Positions 41,461 to 53,488 of a stretch of 64,000 nt of DNA are shown piece by piece. The notes beneath the pieces were generated by a model, which had not been told where the DNA came from, made no database searches, and was given only the letters and a program-made list of their open reading frames with translations. The DNA is from Camelus ferus (taxonomy: Eukaryota), in the NCBI RefSeq assembly GCF_009834535.1, contig NC_045707.1:56980001-57044000 (forward strand), given 5' to 3'. The position numbers were made by a program, and so were the translations under genes. How positions within the stretch are numbered: the stretch's first letter is position 1; each line of letters starts with the position of its first letter.

Positions 41461-42035
41461 TCAATCCTGCTGGAATTGGAGAATACTCATAATAACCCCG
41501 TCGCTTAGCTCTTTCTCTGATTTCTACAGAGTTGGGTTTGTAATGAATTTTGTTCCAAATTTATTTCACCTGAGTCCTTACTTTAGTCTACTTCTCAACA
41601 TTGAGGTACATTTTCCCCATGATTTGTAAGTAATACGGTAAAAAACAAGTGAACCAAAATACAAAACTTTTAACAATCTGTCAGAGACATATTCTAGTGT
41701 TTGGTTTCCCATAATTCCAGTTATTACATGACTCTTTCAGAGTTGCTTTAATTCATTTGTAGTAGTCTTTCATCGCCAGCCATTACTAACCTTCCATACC
41801 TTAGGTTGGTAGCTTTTTATTTGAGCATACCATTGTTTTTCCACTTATGACCATCAACTGCATCATGTTCACCAGGTATCAGTGTAGTTCTTTCTACATA
41901 AAATTCTGTCTATTAGAGTATTAAATTTGCTGTCACACTTTTCTTTTAAGCATTCTGTGCTATGTTCTGTTCAGTGTCAGTGTCTTTAGTTCTGATTTTT
42001 CAATTTTGTCCCTCTCCTTTTCCTTGACTTGTTAG

Positions 42036-42122
42036 TCTGATCCAACCTCTTCTACCTCATCTGATGATTATCAATATGTTATGGAAGCTAAACTACAAGA
42101 AATGATCTCCATACGTAGGAAG
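42036..42122 (+). CDS. PPFIA2: Probable alternative cassette exon (87 nt, 0-0): SDPTSSTSSDDYQYVMEAKLQEMISIRRK
   Basis: Long pyrimidine tract then gttag|TCTGAT ... AGGAAG|gtagtc; length divisible by 3, no stop, phase matches both neighbours. Confidence 0.72.
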
Positions 42123-42549
42123 GTAGTCCTACTGGACTTTACTTTCTATTGCTAAATAGAATTCATCTAAGTTTTTTCTTTTCATTTATAAAAATTATGT
42201 TACTTTTATTTATTGATAATCGACCATCTGTGCAGTTCAGTGCTTCAGAAGCTTAAGATTGGACAATGGCAGGTTTGTGTTCAAACCATGCACAGTCTGC
42301 ATGTTACATTTGGCTGATTTCATTGCTCATAAATAACTCCAATGTTTTGCTGATGCTTGGATGTAACAGGCCTTCGTAGCTGACACATTTCAAGCAATGC
42401 TGTTCAGCTGCCTGTTTAAAGAAAGTTTATTTTTGAAAACTACATTTGCGGTTGGTAGTAGCTTGCTTTACATTTTATTTCAGTTTATTTAGAGGAAAAG
42501 TGTTAACCATATCTTACATGTCAGGTGCATTCTTCATATTTCTTAACAG

Positions 42550-42633
42550 GCTGAAGAGAGACATGGAAACATTGAAGAACGTATGAGACATCTAGAAGGT
42601 CAACTTGAAGAGAAAAATCAAGAACTTCAAAGA
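42550..42633 (+). CDS. PPFIA2: PPFIA2 coding exon (84 nt, 0-0): [28 protein letters not shown]
   Basis: ttcttaacag|GCTGAA ... CAAAGA|gtatgt. Confidence 0.97.
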
Positions 42634-42713
42634 GTATGTATATTAAGAACCATCCATCTCAAGCATCAATTTATGCATTTATATTCTACACATAAGAAAT
42701 GAATATCTTTCTT

Positions 42714-42873
42714 TTTTAATCATTTTTTAATATATAGTGGCTAACATTTGTAAATCTCAAACCCCCAAATTTATCCCTTCTGACCCCTTCCCCCAGTGAC
42801 AATAAGATTGTTTACTATGTCTGCGAATCTGTTTCTGTTTTGTAGATGAGTTCATAATGTCCTTTTTTTCTTT
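42714..42873 (-). mobile_element. 160-bp internal L1 3'UTR fragment with 12-bp TSD
   Basis: aatatctttctt (42702-42713) / aacatctttctt (42874-42885); homologous to L1 3'UTR sequence of the 25589-26150 insertion. Confidence 0.8.
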
Positions 42874-43071
42874 AACATCTTTCTTGATTATGAGTTATAT
42901 TGAAAATGTTATGGATATGCCCTGTGCATTTGAAAAAGAAGTTTTTGCCAATTTAATCAAAACAGACAAAATTAAATCCAATTTTAAACTAGGAAAAACA
43001 TAAAAACAAAGCCAAATACTTTTAAAAATGATTTTTATGTTCTATTTATTTATTTATTTTTTGAACGTAAG

Positions 43072-43203
43072 GCTAGGCAAAGAGAGAAAATGAATGAGGA
43101 GCACAACAAAAGACTATCCGATACTGTGGACAGACTTCTGACCGAATCCAATGAACGCTTACAGCTACATCTTAAGGAACGAATGGCTGCTCTGGAAGAG
43201 AAG
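43072..43203 (+). CDS. PPFIA2: PPFIA2 coding exon (132 nt, 0-0): [44 protein letters not shown]
   Basis: gaacgtaag|GCTAGG ... GAGAAG|gtaaaa; AAG acceptor required by the frame. Confidence 0.95.
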
Positions 43204-44643
43204 GTAAAATGATGGAAAAGCAGCATCACGTGATCATTAGCCATGTCCTTAGTGATATGTTTGTTTTATGCTCAGCTGCAATCAATGTATTGGTCAGATG
43301 ATCCATTTACTTTCTTTAGTTTAAAAAAAAACCTGATTTAGTCTTAAAAGTGAAAAAATGAACAAATAGTTTCTGTAACAACATTTAACATCAATTTTTA
43401 AGTAAATAAAAATGTTACATAGTATATAAATCTTGCACATTAGCATGATAACGAGATAAATGTGTTAAAATGTGGCATACTTTTATGATAAAAATATTTT
43501 GTTTATATCTCTCACCTGGTATGCAAAAAAAGAAGAGCAAGACAAAAATTAGTATTTTGGAGTGTGTGGGGAGGCTTGCTTTGAGCCATTCAAATGTTTC
43601 AAGTAACTGAATCTACTACTAGTCTAAAAGCCAAAATGCGAGTGAGTTTATATCACCAATAGAACTAGTGTCAATCCCACCACAGAGTTTAAGATCATAG
43701 TACTTTCAGCTAAACTGTTTCCAAAACAGTACTTCTGGGTAGTCTGCAGTTTCGTTCACAATTACATATGTCTCATTGATAGCTGGTGACTACCAGACTA
43801 GCAAGAGTTATGTGAGCTGCTTGCCAATTTCAAAGTATAGTAGAAAATCAGGGACTAAAACCCCAGTGAACAAATCATTTTGGAAATTTAGACTGAATGC
43901 CAATCACTGCTTAAGCTAGACATTGCCCCCTGCTCCATAGGAAAAAACAAAATAGAAAAAAATGTTTCATTGAAATGTTAAAGTAGTTTGATTAATTTAC
44001 CCACTAAGATGTCATATGGCATGCCTTCTTCCATATTCAACTCCAAATACATGCCAATTACTACTACACTCTGAAGTTTAATTTTACCCCCAAAATTTGA
44101 AAAGCATTCATTATTTTAAATCATGCTTTGTTGTACTCTTCTTAAGGAAAAGTATGAAACTTTTACCACAGAGATACTTCCATGGCAAGGATTTTAAAAA
44201 ATACTTAAGATGCAAGTTATTTCCACATCATGACACATAACGTTAGTTTTTTAAATAGTTTAAATTTTATTTTTATTTCTCTAATAATTTAACCATTATT
44301 AGAAATCACTAATTTTGTATTTGAAATAAAAGTCCAGAAATTGAACTTTTTAAAAATATAATCTTATAATTTCTTATTTCTTCAGATAATAAAAATGAAT
44401 TCATCTGAATTCTTTCTCTATGACAGCTTTGAATAACATTTTGCTTTTTGCTCACTTTTTCTCATTTGAAAAGTAACCTAATTATTTCAAATTTAAAAAG
44501 ACTGGGAAGAGGCAGACAGAAATAGCTTAAAAGTTAATATTTATCTTATTTGTCAATCCAAGTGTTTACAAAATAACATTTCCCATTTAAATTATGTGTT
44601 TCTCAAAATGTTAAGGTGTCTTATTTAAAGATTTCATTGAAAC

Positions 44644-44663
44644 TTGGTTTCCATGGAAACCAA
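44644..44663. promoter_or_regulatory. Perfect 20-bp palindrome containing a consensus RFX X-box
   Basis: TTGGTTTCCATGGAAACCAA equals its own reverse complement. Confidence 0.55.
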
Positions 44664-44783
44664 AAAATAGATGCACCAAGGCAGGAAACAAAGAAGATTC
44701 CTGAGTGATAAAAATTAATCTATGCATATAATTATTTTCTGTTTAATTTATTAATTATTTCTCTGGTTTGTTCTTTTCCATAG

Positions 44784-44846
44784 AATGTTTTAATTCAAGA
44801 ATCAGAAACTTTCAGAAAGAATCTGGAAGAATCTTTACATGATAAG
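44784..44846 (+). CDS. PPFIA2: PPFIA2 coding exon (63 nt, 0-0): NVLIQESETFRKNLEESLHDK
   Basis: ttcttttccatag|AATGTT ... GATAAG|gtatta. Confidence 0.96.
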
Positions 44847-45811
44847 GTATTATGGAAGCTTACATTTTCCCCACTTTTCGATTTCACAGTGGTGAATGTT
44901 TTGTTGTAAAACAAACTTGATAAGAAATAATTTTAGGATGTTATCATTTAAAAATATTTTAGCTTTTGTATTATACATACAGAAAAGTGTACATACATAG
45001 GGAGAGTTTGACGAAATTTTACAAACCAAACACACTAAAAATTAGTATCCTGGGATTCCCCCTTTTTGTTAGCATATAATCACTACACTTATCCTAAAGG
45101 ATAATCACTATCTTGACTTCTAACAGAAAAAAAAAATAATTTTGACTTTTTTTGTGCTATATATAAGTGGAATAAAATTGTATGTACTCTAGTTTGACAT
45201 ATTTTAGCAGAAATGTATTAAATACCTACTATGTATTAGAATTGTGCTATTTATTTGTGAACATAATTTTAGTTCTAAAGTAATCTAAAAAATTGAATTG
45301 TGGAAAGAATTTGACACATCTGACAAAGCAATGAGTTGCAGAGTAGCAGATGCCAAGTGTTAAATGAGTGAAGTAGATGATAAGAATTAGAGGTAGTACA
45401 GATAACCATATATTGCTGTTATAAAGAAGGCTTCAGAAAGCTTTAGGGAAAGGTAAGACTTTTGTAAGCCTTTCAGATACAATGCGTGTGCCATGATCAC
45501 AGTTGCTTGGAGTGGGGAGGGAGTGAGTAGTGAGTTTGATATCTTAAATAATAATGGACATAACATTTTAGCTGCAATCAGTTATTCTTAGTGTAGGATA
45601 TGTGATAGAATAGGCAGATAAGGACCAGATTATGAAATATTAAAAGCTGTAATTGCTAATGTCATTTCCTCCTTTCTTAGCATGTAAAATTCTTGTTAGC
45701 AATTTTGTGATTTCATTTTGCTCAGCATAGGTAAATGAAATAATATACAATCACTAACTTAAGTGACATAAATGTGTATTGAACAAATAATGGAAGGAAT
45801 AGAAATGAAAA

Positions 45812-45874
45812 AGGGAGGGAGAGAGGGAGTAATAGAAGGAAGGAAGGGAGTGAAGGAGGGAGGGAGGGAGAGAG
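45812..45874. repeat. Purine-rich (GGGA/GGAA)n low-complexity tract
   Basis: Directly visible. Confidence 0.8.
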
Positions 45875-46168
45875 ATCTGGCAACAGTATGGTGTATGGAA
45901 GGTACTGGAAAAGATGAGAGAATAAAGAAAAGAAAGAACAATTGTGCATTTAACCCTATTGAATGATATATATTTTGATGATAATTTTTAAAATAACTAT
46001 TTAGTCCCATCGTCAGGGTGTACACATCCTTATCCTCTGAAAGATAGGACTACTAGAGAACACAATATAGCACTTAGAATATAGCATCTAATTCTTTCTG
46101 ACATAGTTCAGAAAGTCTACATGAAGAAGATGACATTTTATCAGTCTCTTGAAGGCACATAGGATCTT

Positions 46169-46376
46169 TTTTTCCCATTTTTTTTATTGAAGTATAGTCA
46201 ATTTACAATGTTATGTCAGTTTCTGGTGTACAGCTTGATACTAACTACTGTATACAAAATAGATAAACAACAAATTTATACAATATAACACAAGGAACTA
46301 TATTCAATGTCTTGTAGTAACCTATAATGAAAAAGAACATGAAAAGGAATATGTGTATACATACGTATGACTGACA
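46169..46376 (-). mobile_element. Miniature twin-primed L1 insertion with 13-bp TSD
   Basis: cacataggatctt at 46156-46168 and 46377-46389; orientation flips at ~46235. Confidence 0.85.
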
Positions 46377-46919
46377 CACATAGGATCTTAACAAATAGAG
46401 AAGAGCAGGGCAGAGGACAAAACCTATGCAATAGTGCAGAGAAAACAAAGATGGTTGACTTGCTGAGTCACCGAAAGTTTGCTGTCACTGGTATGGGTTT
46501 AAAGAACCAAGATGTGACCAGATCGTGAATTTTGGACTGGATCCTGTTATGGAATGTTATGTTATCCAAAGCTCTGTGTGCTTCTGGCAAGATCCCTAGA
46601 ACCCACTCCCCAACCACCTACCCAAGTCTTGTAGCTCCAACAGTCTGCCTAAGCAACTGGCCATGCTAATCATTCCATGCTTTGCATCCTTGTTCATGTC
46701 AGTCACTAGAGGAAGCAAATCACATGTCACACTCTGAATGTCATCCCATACAGCTGAGCACACTTCCTAATCTAACCACATCTCCTGTAACTCCTCAAAT
46801 TTCCACTCAGTTTGTAATTCACAATCCATTATTAGCAAAATCCTCTGTATACTCAAAGTCTTCTCTCCATGTGTCTCTTTATGATCTTGATCTCTCAAAT
46901 TTGAAGTTCGTAGGACCAG

Positions 46920-47935
46920 CTTTGGAATTCTCTAAGTTCAGTTGCTGGTGATCTCATGGATTTAAATACCATCTATAAATTGAGCACTTCTAAATTTAGA
47001 TCACCTACTGAGTTCTTTCCCCTGAGGGAGTTCAAAGGGCCAACTCAGTATCTCTATTTGGACACATAGTCATCTCAAATGTAACAAGTCAATCTTCCTA
47101 ACCTCCTAAACACCACCACCACCTAACCTAGTCACCACCAGCAGCTGTCTTCTCAGTAAATCACTTCTTTCTCTTAGCTACTCAGGTTAAAAACTTTAGA
47201 GCTATTCTTGATCCTTTCCTTTATCTCACACCCCATATCCAATAGCAAATTCTGCTAGTTCTATCTTCAAAATACAACCAATACCCCTGCCATTCTCCCC
47301 ATAATACCATTGTTATCCAAGCCATAATTCTCTCGCCTGTTTTTGGAAGAACAGTAATAATTTTATTTCTTCTCTGCCTCCCAATTCCATTCATGAATCC
47401 ATTTCAAAGCCATCATAATGATCATAAAAATTCTCTGCTCAAAAATCCCCCAGCCATTTCCCATCTCACTATAGAATAAAACCCAAAGACTTTAAAATGA
47501 TTTACAAAGTCCTTCCAGACTACCCTTCCCAAACCCTGTACCCATACTTTTCTAAGTCCATTCCCTATTAGTCTTTGTCCTTAACCACTTCAATCCAGCC
47601 ACACCAGCCTCCTTGTCCTTTCCCTCACCAAATATACACTCACTAAGGGGCATTTTTACACCTACTGTCCCTTTTTTCCGATATTCTTTTTCCTAAGGTA
47701 TTTTTTAACCCCTTCCCTTTCTCTAGGTCTTTACTCAAATGTCACTTTAATGGAGAGCCTTTACATGACTCTACTTTCTCCTGCCTACCAACCCAAATTG
47801 TCTACTGTCTTCTCTACTAGAGTGTAAATTACATGAGGGCAGGAAATTTGTTAGTTCACTACTTTATTTTAAAGCCTAGGACACAAGAGATACTCAATGC
47901 ATATTTATGGAAATAATGAGCAAATGGATTAATAA
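46920..47935 (+). mobile_element. L2 relic
   Basis: atggatttaaataccatctat...ctctgctcaaaa...agtgtaaattacatgagggcagg...tactcaatgcatatttatggaaataatga. Confidence 0.7.
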
Positions 47936-48923
47936 ATACAAAAAGGAATTACTGAATAATATAAAGCAAATATGTTATTTGACCATACATGTTCTTGAAA
48001 AGGATACATCTAGCAGAGGAATGTGTGGGGAAAAGAGAGAAGGTAGCAGTGCCTCTGTGGAAGCTGATGAAATAATTCAGGGACAAGGTAGAATGTGTGT
48101 AATATAGGATGACGACAGTAAGAATAAAACGGGCAGATAAGAGAAAAATTGCAAAGGCCACACTGACAAAGAAGTGTGGTGAGAAAAGACGTATGAGTCA
48201 AGTAAAATGTCAAGCCTTGGCCACTGGGAGGGGGGAAAACAACAGCAGTAGAAAATGTCTATAACGTTATCATTTATAGTTAAATGTTTATAACATTATA
48301 AAATTTATAATCATAAAAACAAAATTAAATGCTTATATGAACATTTAATTAAGGGCCATCAGATAACCTCCATCTCCATAAATTTACAGACTGAAGGTGA
48401 TAATCCAATCAGAAGGTTATCAGATGCACAGATAATTGTACCAATATTAAGCAAATGATTCTAACTCATATTAGGTGATGATTTTTCCTCATCCTTTTAA
48501 TCCAATTTTCCCTCTCCTTCACCCATGTGTCCTTCAATCCTTACAGGATAGTAGAAATTCTTCACTTACTATAGAAATAAGACCTTTTCTTTATTATTTA
48601 TATTGCTATGCTTTCTACTCTGCATTTTGAAATAATGTGTATATAGCTGGTCATGACCTTAGCTTTCCCATATGTTTGCAAAAATTTAGGTTTGTGAATG
48701 TCAGGGAATGTAGATAAATTGATTTCTGCCATTCACATTTTCATTTTGAGGGGAAAATCACATGTATTTTACTACCATGTCTAACAATCTTTAACAAAAT
48801 ACATTAATCAGTTTTCCATTTTTAAAAAGCCATTAAGCTTGGTAGCTTGGTTTATCATAATTAAGTGTTGGTGGTGCTATTGACGTATGCATATCATCTA
48901 AGTAACACTTGTTTGATTTTTAG

Positions 48924-49015
48924 GAAAGATTAGCAGAAGAAATTGAAAAGCTGAGATCTGAACTTGACCAGTTGAAAATGAGAACTGGCTCTTTAATTGA
49001 ACCCACAATATCAAG
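48924..49015 (+). CDS. PPFIA2: PPFIA2 coding exon (92 nt, 0-2): ERLAEEIEKLRSELDQLKMRTGSLIEPTIS(R)
   Basis: tgatttttag|GAAAGA ... TCAAG|gtaaca. Confidence 0.96.
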
Positions 49016-51399
49016 GTAACATTAAATTGAAAACTTATCTCTAGTTCACTGAAAATCAATATGACTTTCCTTATGATTTCATATCTCCTCAAATAAATAA
49101 GTACCTCCTATTGCTCAGCAAGCATTGCCCTATTTTGGCTCCTTACTGATTTACAGTTCCTACACTTAAAAATAATTCTCCAATTTAGTAATCCTTTCTT
49201 CAAATATGCAACTAAAGTATAAATTATTACCTTTTGTATTCTGCATTTAATTACATGGATGGGCATATATAAAAAAGAGCCTTAAATGAAAAAATAAAAC
49301 TGTATATAACAAGATTACCTCTCATTCCAGAAAGGAGTATCAGCCATTTTCTCTATATGCAGAATGTTTTCAGTACTTAACTTTACTGAAGAAATATCAT
49401 GGATTATGGTCACTTAGCATCTACCTATTTTGTTAAAGTAATTGCGATAAAGAAGGAAGGAGAAATTACACATTTAAAAAAACTTCAAGTAAATGTATTT
49501 ATTCTCATCTACTTTGACTCAATACTTCATCTTGAAAAAAGTGACAAGCTTGTTTACTCTCTAGACAGATCAAACTTGATAATTCATATATAATTTTATG
49601 TGCTTAAGGTCTTTTTTAAAAACTAATAAGAAACCCTAGAGGGATTCACTCTTCTGAGTATTTATTTGATAAACAACACAATATCCTCTACCTGAAACTT
49701 TTGACCACCACAGACTTCTGGAGGTCCATTTTTCTTGGTCTTATGCTTATCCTAAGAATGTTAGCGCCACAAAAGCTGGAATTTTTGTCTGTTTTGATTA
49801 CTCTGATCTTAGCACCTGGTATAAAAAAAAAAACTTGGTATATAGTAAGTATATTCTCAATAGGTATTATTGAATGAATGCATGTCTGGTAAAGCATTTT
49901 TCAGATACATAGGTAAAAAATCCTAATTTTAAAAAAATCCTAAAGGTTCTTACATTCTCTTCAATATAAGTATTAATAAAAACAAAATTCAGTATTGTGA
50001 GTATTTCCACCTTCAGTTTACTATAAGAAACACAGTTCTGCAGACATAAATACACCCAAGGAACTTTTAAATATGTAGGTCTTTAATTTTGAAAAATTTT
50101 TTTCTGAATGTTTTATTATGATTTACATATCTGAACTGATATTATTAATTCAGTGATGTGCCTTTATATCATGATGATGATAATGATGGAGAAAGATAAA
50201 AGAGCTGATCAAATATCAACAGAGTAAATACAAAGAACTAGTATTATCTAACCAACAAAGGAAATATATTTTAATAGGAAAAAATGGCCATTTCAATGTC
50301 TTTTTGACTTTATGTCTTAGAAATACAGAGTTGTAGAAGTGTTGTGTAAAAGTCTGTCATTGTGGTGAGTTTTCATGGCAGCTTAACAATGTGATATTTA
50401 TCTACAATTAAGGATCATCAGGGAAGCTTGGGAACTACATACAGAACAATTATTCTCTGATATAACAGATTGTAGTAAAAACAACATGACTGAAAATTTA
50501 AAGACTGACATTCCTAAGTCTTAGACATACAATTACTAGCTATTTGATTTTGGAGAACCCAATTTTTCTTAGTAAGTTCAACTCATGTATACTTTACATG
50601 AATTGTATATAAAATCATATTTTATGACTCATAAGCTTATTTTGCAGATAAAATGAGACAAGTAAAAAAGGGTTTTTTTAAAAATAGTAAATCACATCAC
50701 AAGTGTTACAGGTATTATTAAGATCGCTAATTTTGTAAGTTACCAGGTAACTGAATATTTATTCAGTAGCATTTGTTCAACATTCGTATATCTGAGTGCA
50801 CACAATTGATAAAGAAACAATGAAGAAAACGAAAATGCATGAGAACTTTATGTACTAGTTTTTGATCTTACAGGTGGGGCAGCAGGAAGAGATGAGCTAA
50901 AGTGAGAGAATATCAGTAACTAACATCCTCTACTAGTATCTCATCTGAGAGGAAAGGGGATGAAGGCCTGATTTGGCTCAGCTCTGAAGAAAGGGTAGGA
51001 CCTGGATGATTGGAAAGGACAATGGAGGGCATTCCAGGAAGCAGAGGGATGGGTAACAGGCTTTCCCGAAGAAAATTCATACTAGCTCTATCTATGGAAG
51101 TTCTTTTGTGAGATTATATGCAGGAGATTTGGGCGGGAAAGCTACAAGTTTCCTTGAACCGGTGACTGTGTTGTAACATATCTGCAAGTGTCTCTCAAAA
51201 TATTATATAACAAGAATAATTTAAAAATTGAAATATATGGAAATATTGCCTCTGAGAGCTCACAGAGTTAAATAAGGGAGAGAAGTGAAGAATAACTGCT
51301 TTAGATGAAGTACAGGCAATGGGCTCTCCTGCAATTAGTGATGATTCAAGTCTGTTCTTTCGAGATCGATTAGGTACTTGCTACTTGTGGGACACTGTG

Positions 51400-51795
51400 A
51401 CATGGGAGATCTAGTGATAATGGTGATGAAGAATACACGTTCCAGGTGGAAAGTGCAGGACTACGAATTTGAGGACTGTTCTAACAGAGGGAACATCAGG
51501 AGTTAGAATAGTATATGACAGTGAGACTTTAAAGCCGACTCTGAGAATGTTAACCACATAAATGTGTGAAGAGGTTATTTCAGGCAGAAAGAATAGCATA
51601 CGCAAAGGTTCAAGGGAAAGAAAGTGTGAGCTTGAAGAAAATAAAAGCACAGCTGACGAAGGGAGAAGGCGGAGAGTAACTAGAAGTGAAGCTGGGAAGT
51701 AGGACGGGCCCAGGTAGAAGGCCTTGGAAGGACAGTGATGAGTTTTGAGTAGGGCATTGATGGTGCTGAGTAGGGCATCAGATCTGTGTTTCTGT
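51400..51795 (-). mobile_element. L2 relic
   Basis: caggcagaaagaatagcatacgcaaaggttc...gaagctgggaagtaggacgggccc...atcagatctgtgttt. Confidence 0.55.
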
Positions 51796-53352
51796 TTCAT
51801 GCTTTTATGAATGATCTAGAACTGCCAGATAAAACAATAAGAAAACAATACTGCTAACAATGACGAGTTATATTTTAAAACCTCTACCCTGATGTACACA
51901 GAGGCATCACCCTAGGCAGCCACAGACGAAAGGTCCCTAGAACGTTCTGAGCTGGAAAGTTCAGGCTGTGTTATAATCAACTGCATTCATTCATTGTCTT
52001 AGTAGATATGTATCAAGTCCTTATTATATGCTAGGAATACCTCCTTGAGCATATGATGGTGACTAAAATCTGATCTTTGTCTCCATGAAACATACCCTCT
52101 GCTATAAATAAAGACTGAGAGTTGTGCCATTTTATGAGTATGGCCTGGTTGGTTAGTTTTTAATAAGTGACTAATTCATAATAGAGCCATTTTGTTTGAT
52201 TAAGTCTCAGGTTCACTGCTGTAAAGACAATAGCTGTCATCTCTTTGGGGGGTGAGTCCTCCGTTCATTTGCTTTAATGTCCAGTTTGGCAGAACAAGGA
52301 CTTGCATCAGTTAGGTCGGTGTCTGCTAATTTTTCAGAAACCTAGACCTCACTGAACCTTTTCTAATCTTGCCACATATTTGGAGATGTTTGTCTTTGTA
52401 CACAAAGAGAACTAGGGGTGAGAGCATAGTAGACCAGCAGGAGCCCCAAGTTCAAGAGAAAAACACAGCTTTAAGCATATTTCCTACTGATGGTGGATCA
52501 TTTTCTAGGACAGCATGTTGCAGTTGTTATCATCATCATTATTTGTAGCAGTGAACTGAATTTTCTATAAACCTATATATAAATAACATACCTGGAGAAA
52601 CCTTTACTGCCCTTTGATTATAGTGTACTTTATTATCATGTTTTTGAAAATCAGTCTGATTATTTTTTCCAGTTGGAATTTTTCAACTGTTTAATCTCTA
52701 AGCAGATTTAGGAATTAAATACACTTATCAAAAGATTTTTATCTTTTTGAAACAATGTCTTATCAAAAGCTGAAAAACTGTTCTGGTGGTATATCCTATT
52801 TTATTAAAAAAAATAAGATTATTAACCTTGGGTCAATCTGATTTTAACCTTCTCACTGATTTTCTAAATTGAAAAAATGTAATGTTGGAAAATAGATAAT
52901 TCTGGGACCCAAAAAGTTTACACATTTTTTCTATTAGATTAATAAGGAATATTTAAAGTATATACAGTAATAAATAGCATATTTTGGAATATCTACTAAA
53001 TAGTTCAAACTAAATAAAGTTGTCAAATGTAAGCCAGTGGATCTTAGTTGTCAACCTTAACATATTTCATTGTACTACTCCATTTAAAAATGATAGTCAA
53101 TGAAAAGAAAGGTTTTTTATATTCTAAAAAGAGAAAATAAATGACCTTTGGAATGACCCTGAGACTGGAATTTCTGACATAAGCCTCTGAAGAGACTTCT
53201 AAGAGTCATGAATATTCCTCAGTTTTCTTCCTTAAAGTTTTTTTCTTTTTCCCTTGAGTTTAGATGTATTGCCAGTTAAGCAGTGGATAATGATGTGCTG
53301 CTAAGTTTAATTTTTGAAATTGGGCATATTTCATGTTTTCGATTTTTTCCAG

Positions 53353-53488
53353 AACTCATCTAGATACCTCAGCTGAGCTGCGGTATTCTGTTGGATCCCT
53401 GGTGGACAGCCAGTCTGACTACAGAACAACTAAAGTAATAAGAAGACCAAGGAGAGGCCGCATGGGTGTGCGGAGAGATGAGCCAAAG
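53353..53488 (+). CDS. PPFIA2: PPFIA2 coding exon (136 nt, 2-0): (R)THLDTSAELRYSVGSLVDSQSDYRTTKVIRRPRRGRMGVRRDEPK
   Basis: gattttttccag|AACTCAT ... CCAAAG|gttaaa; completes the split AG/A codon. Confidence 0.96.

Noticed and set aside
43050..43244. Antisense 64-aa ORF
   Set aside because: Shadow of the PPFIA2 exon on the opposite strand.
51411..51800. Longest ORF in the track (129 aa, minus strand)
   Set aside because: Lies in an L2 relic; no recognisable domain or splice context.
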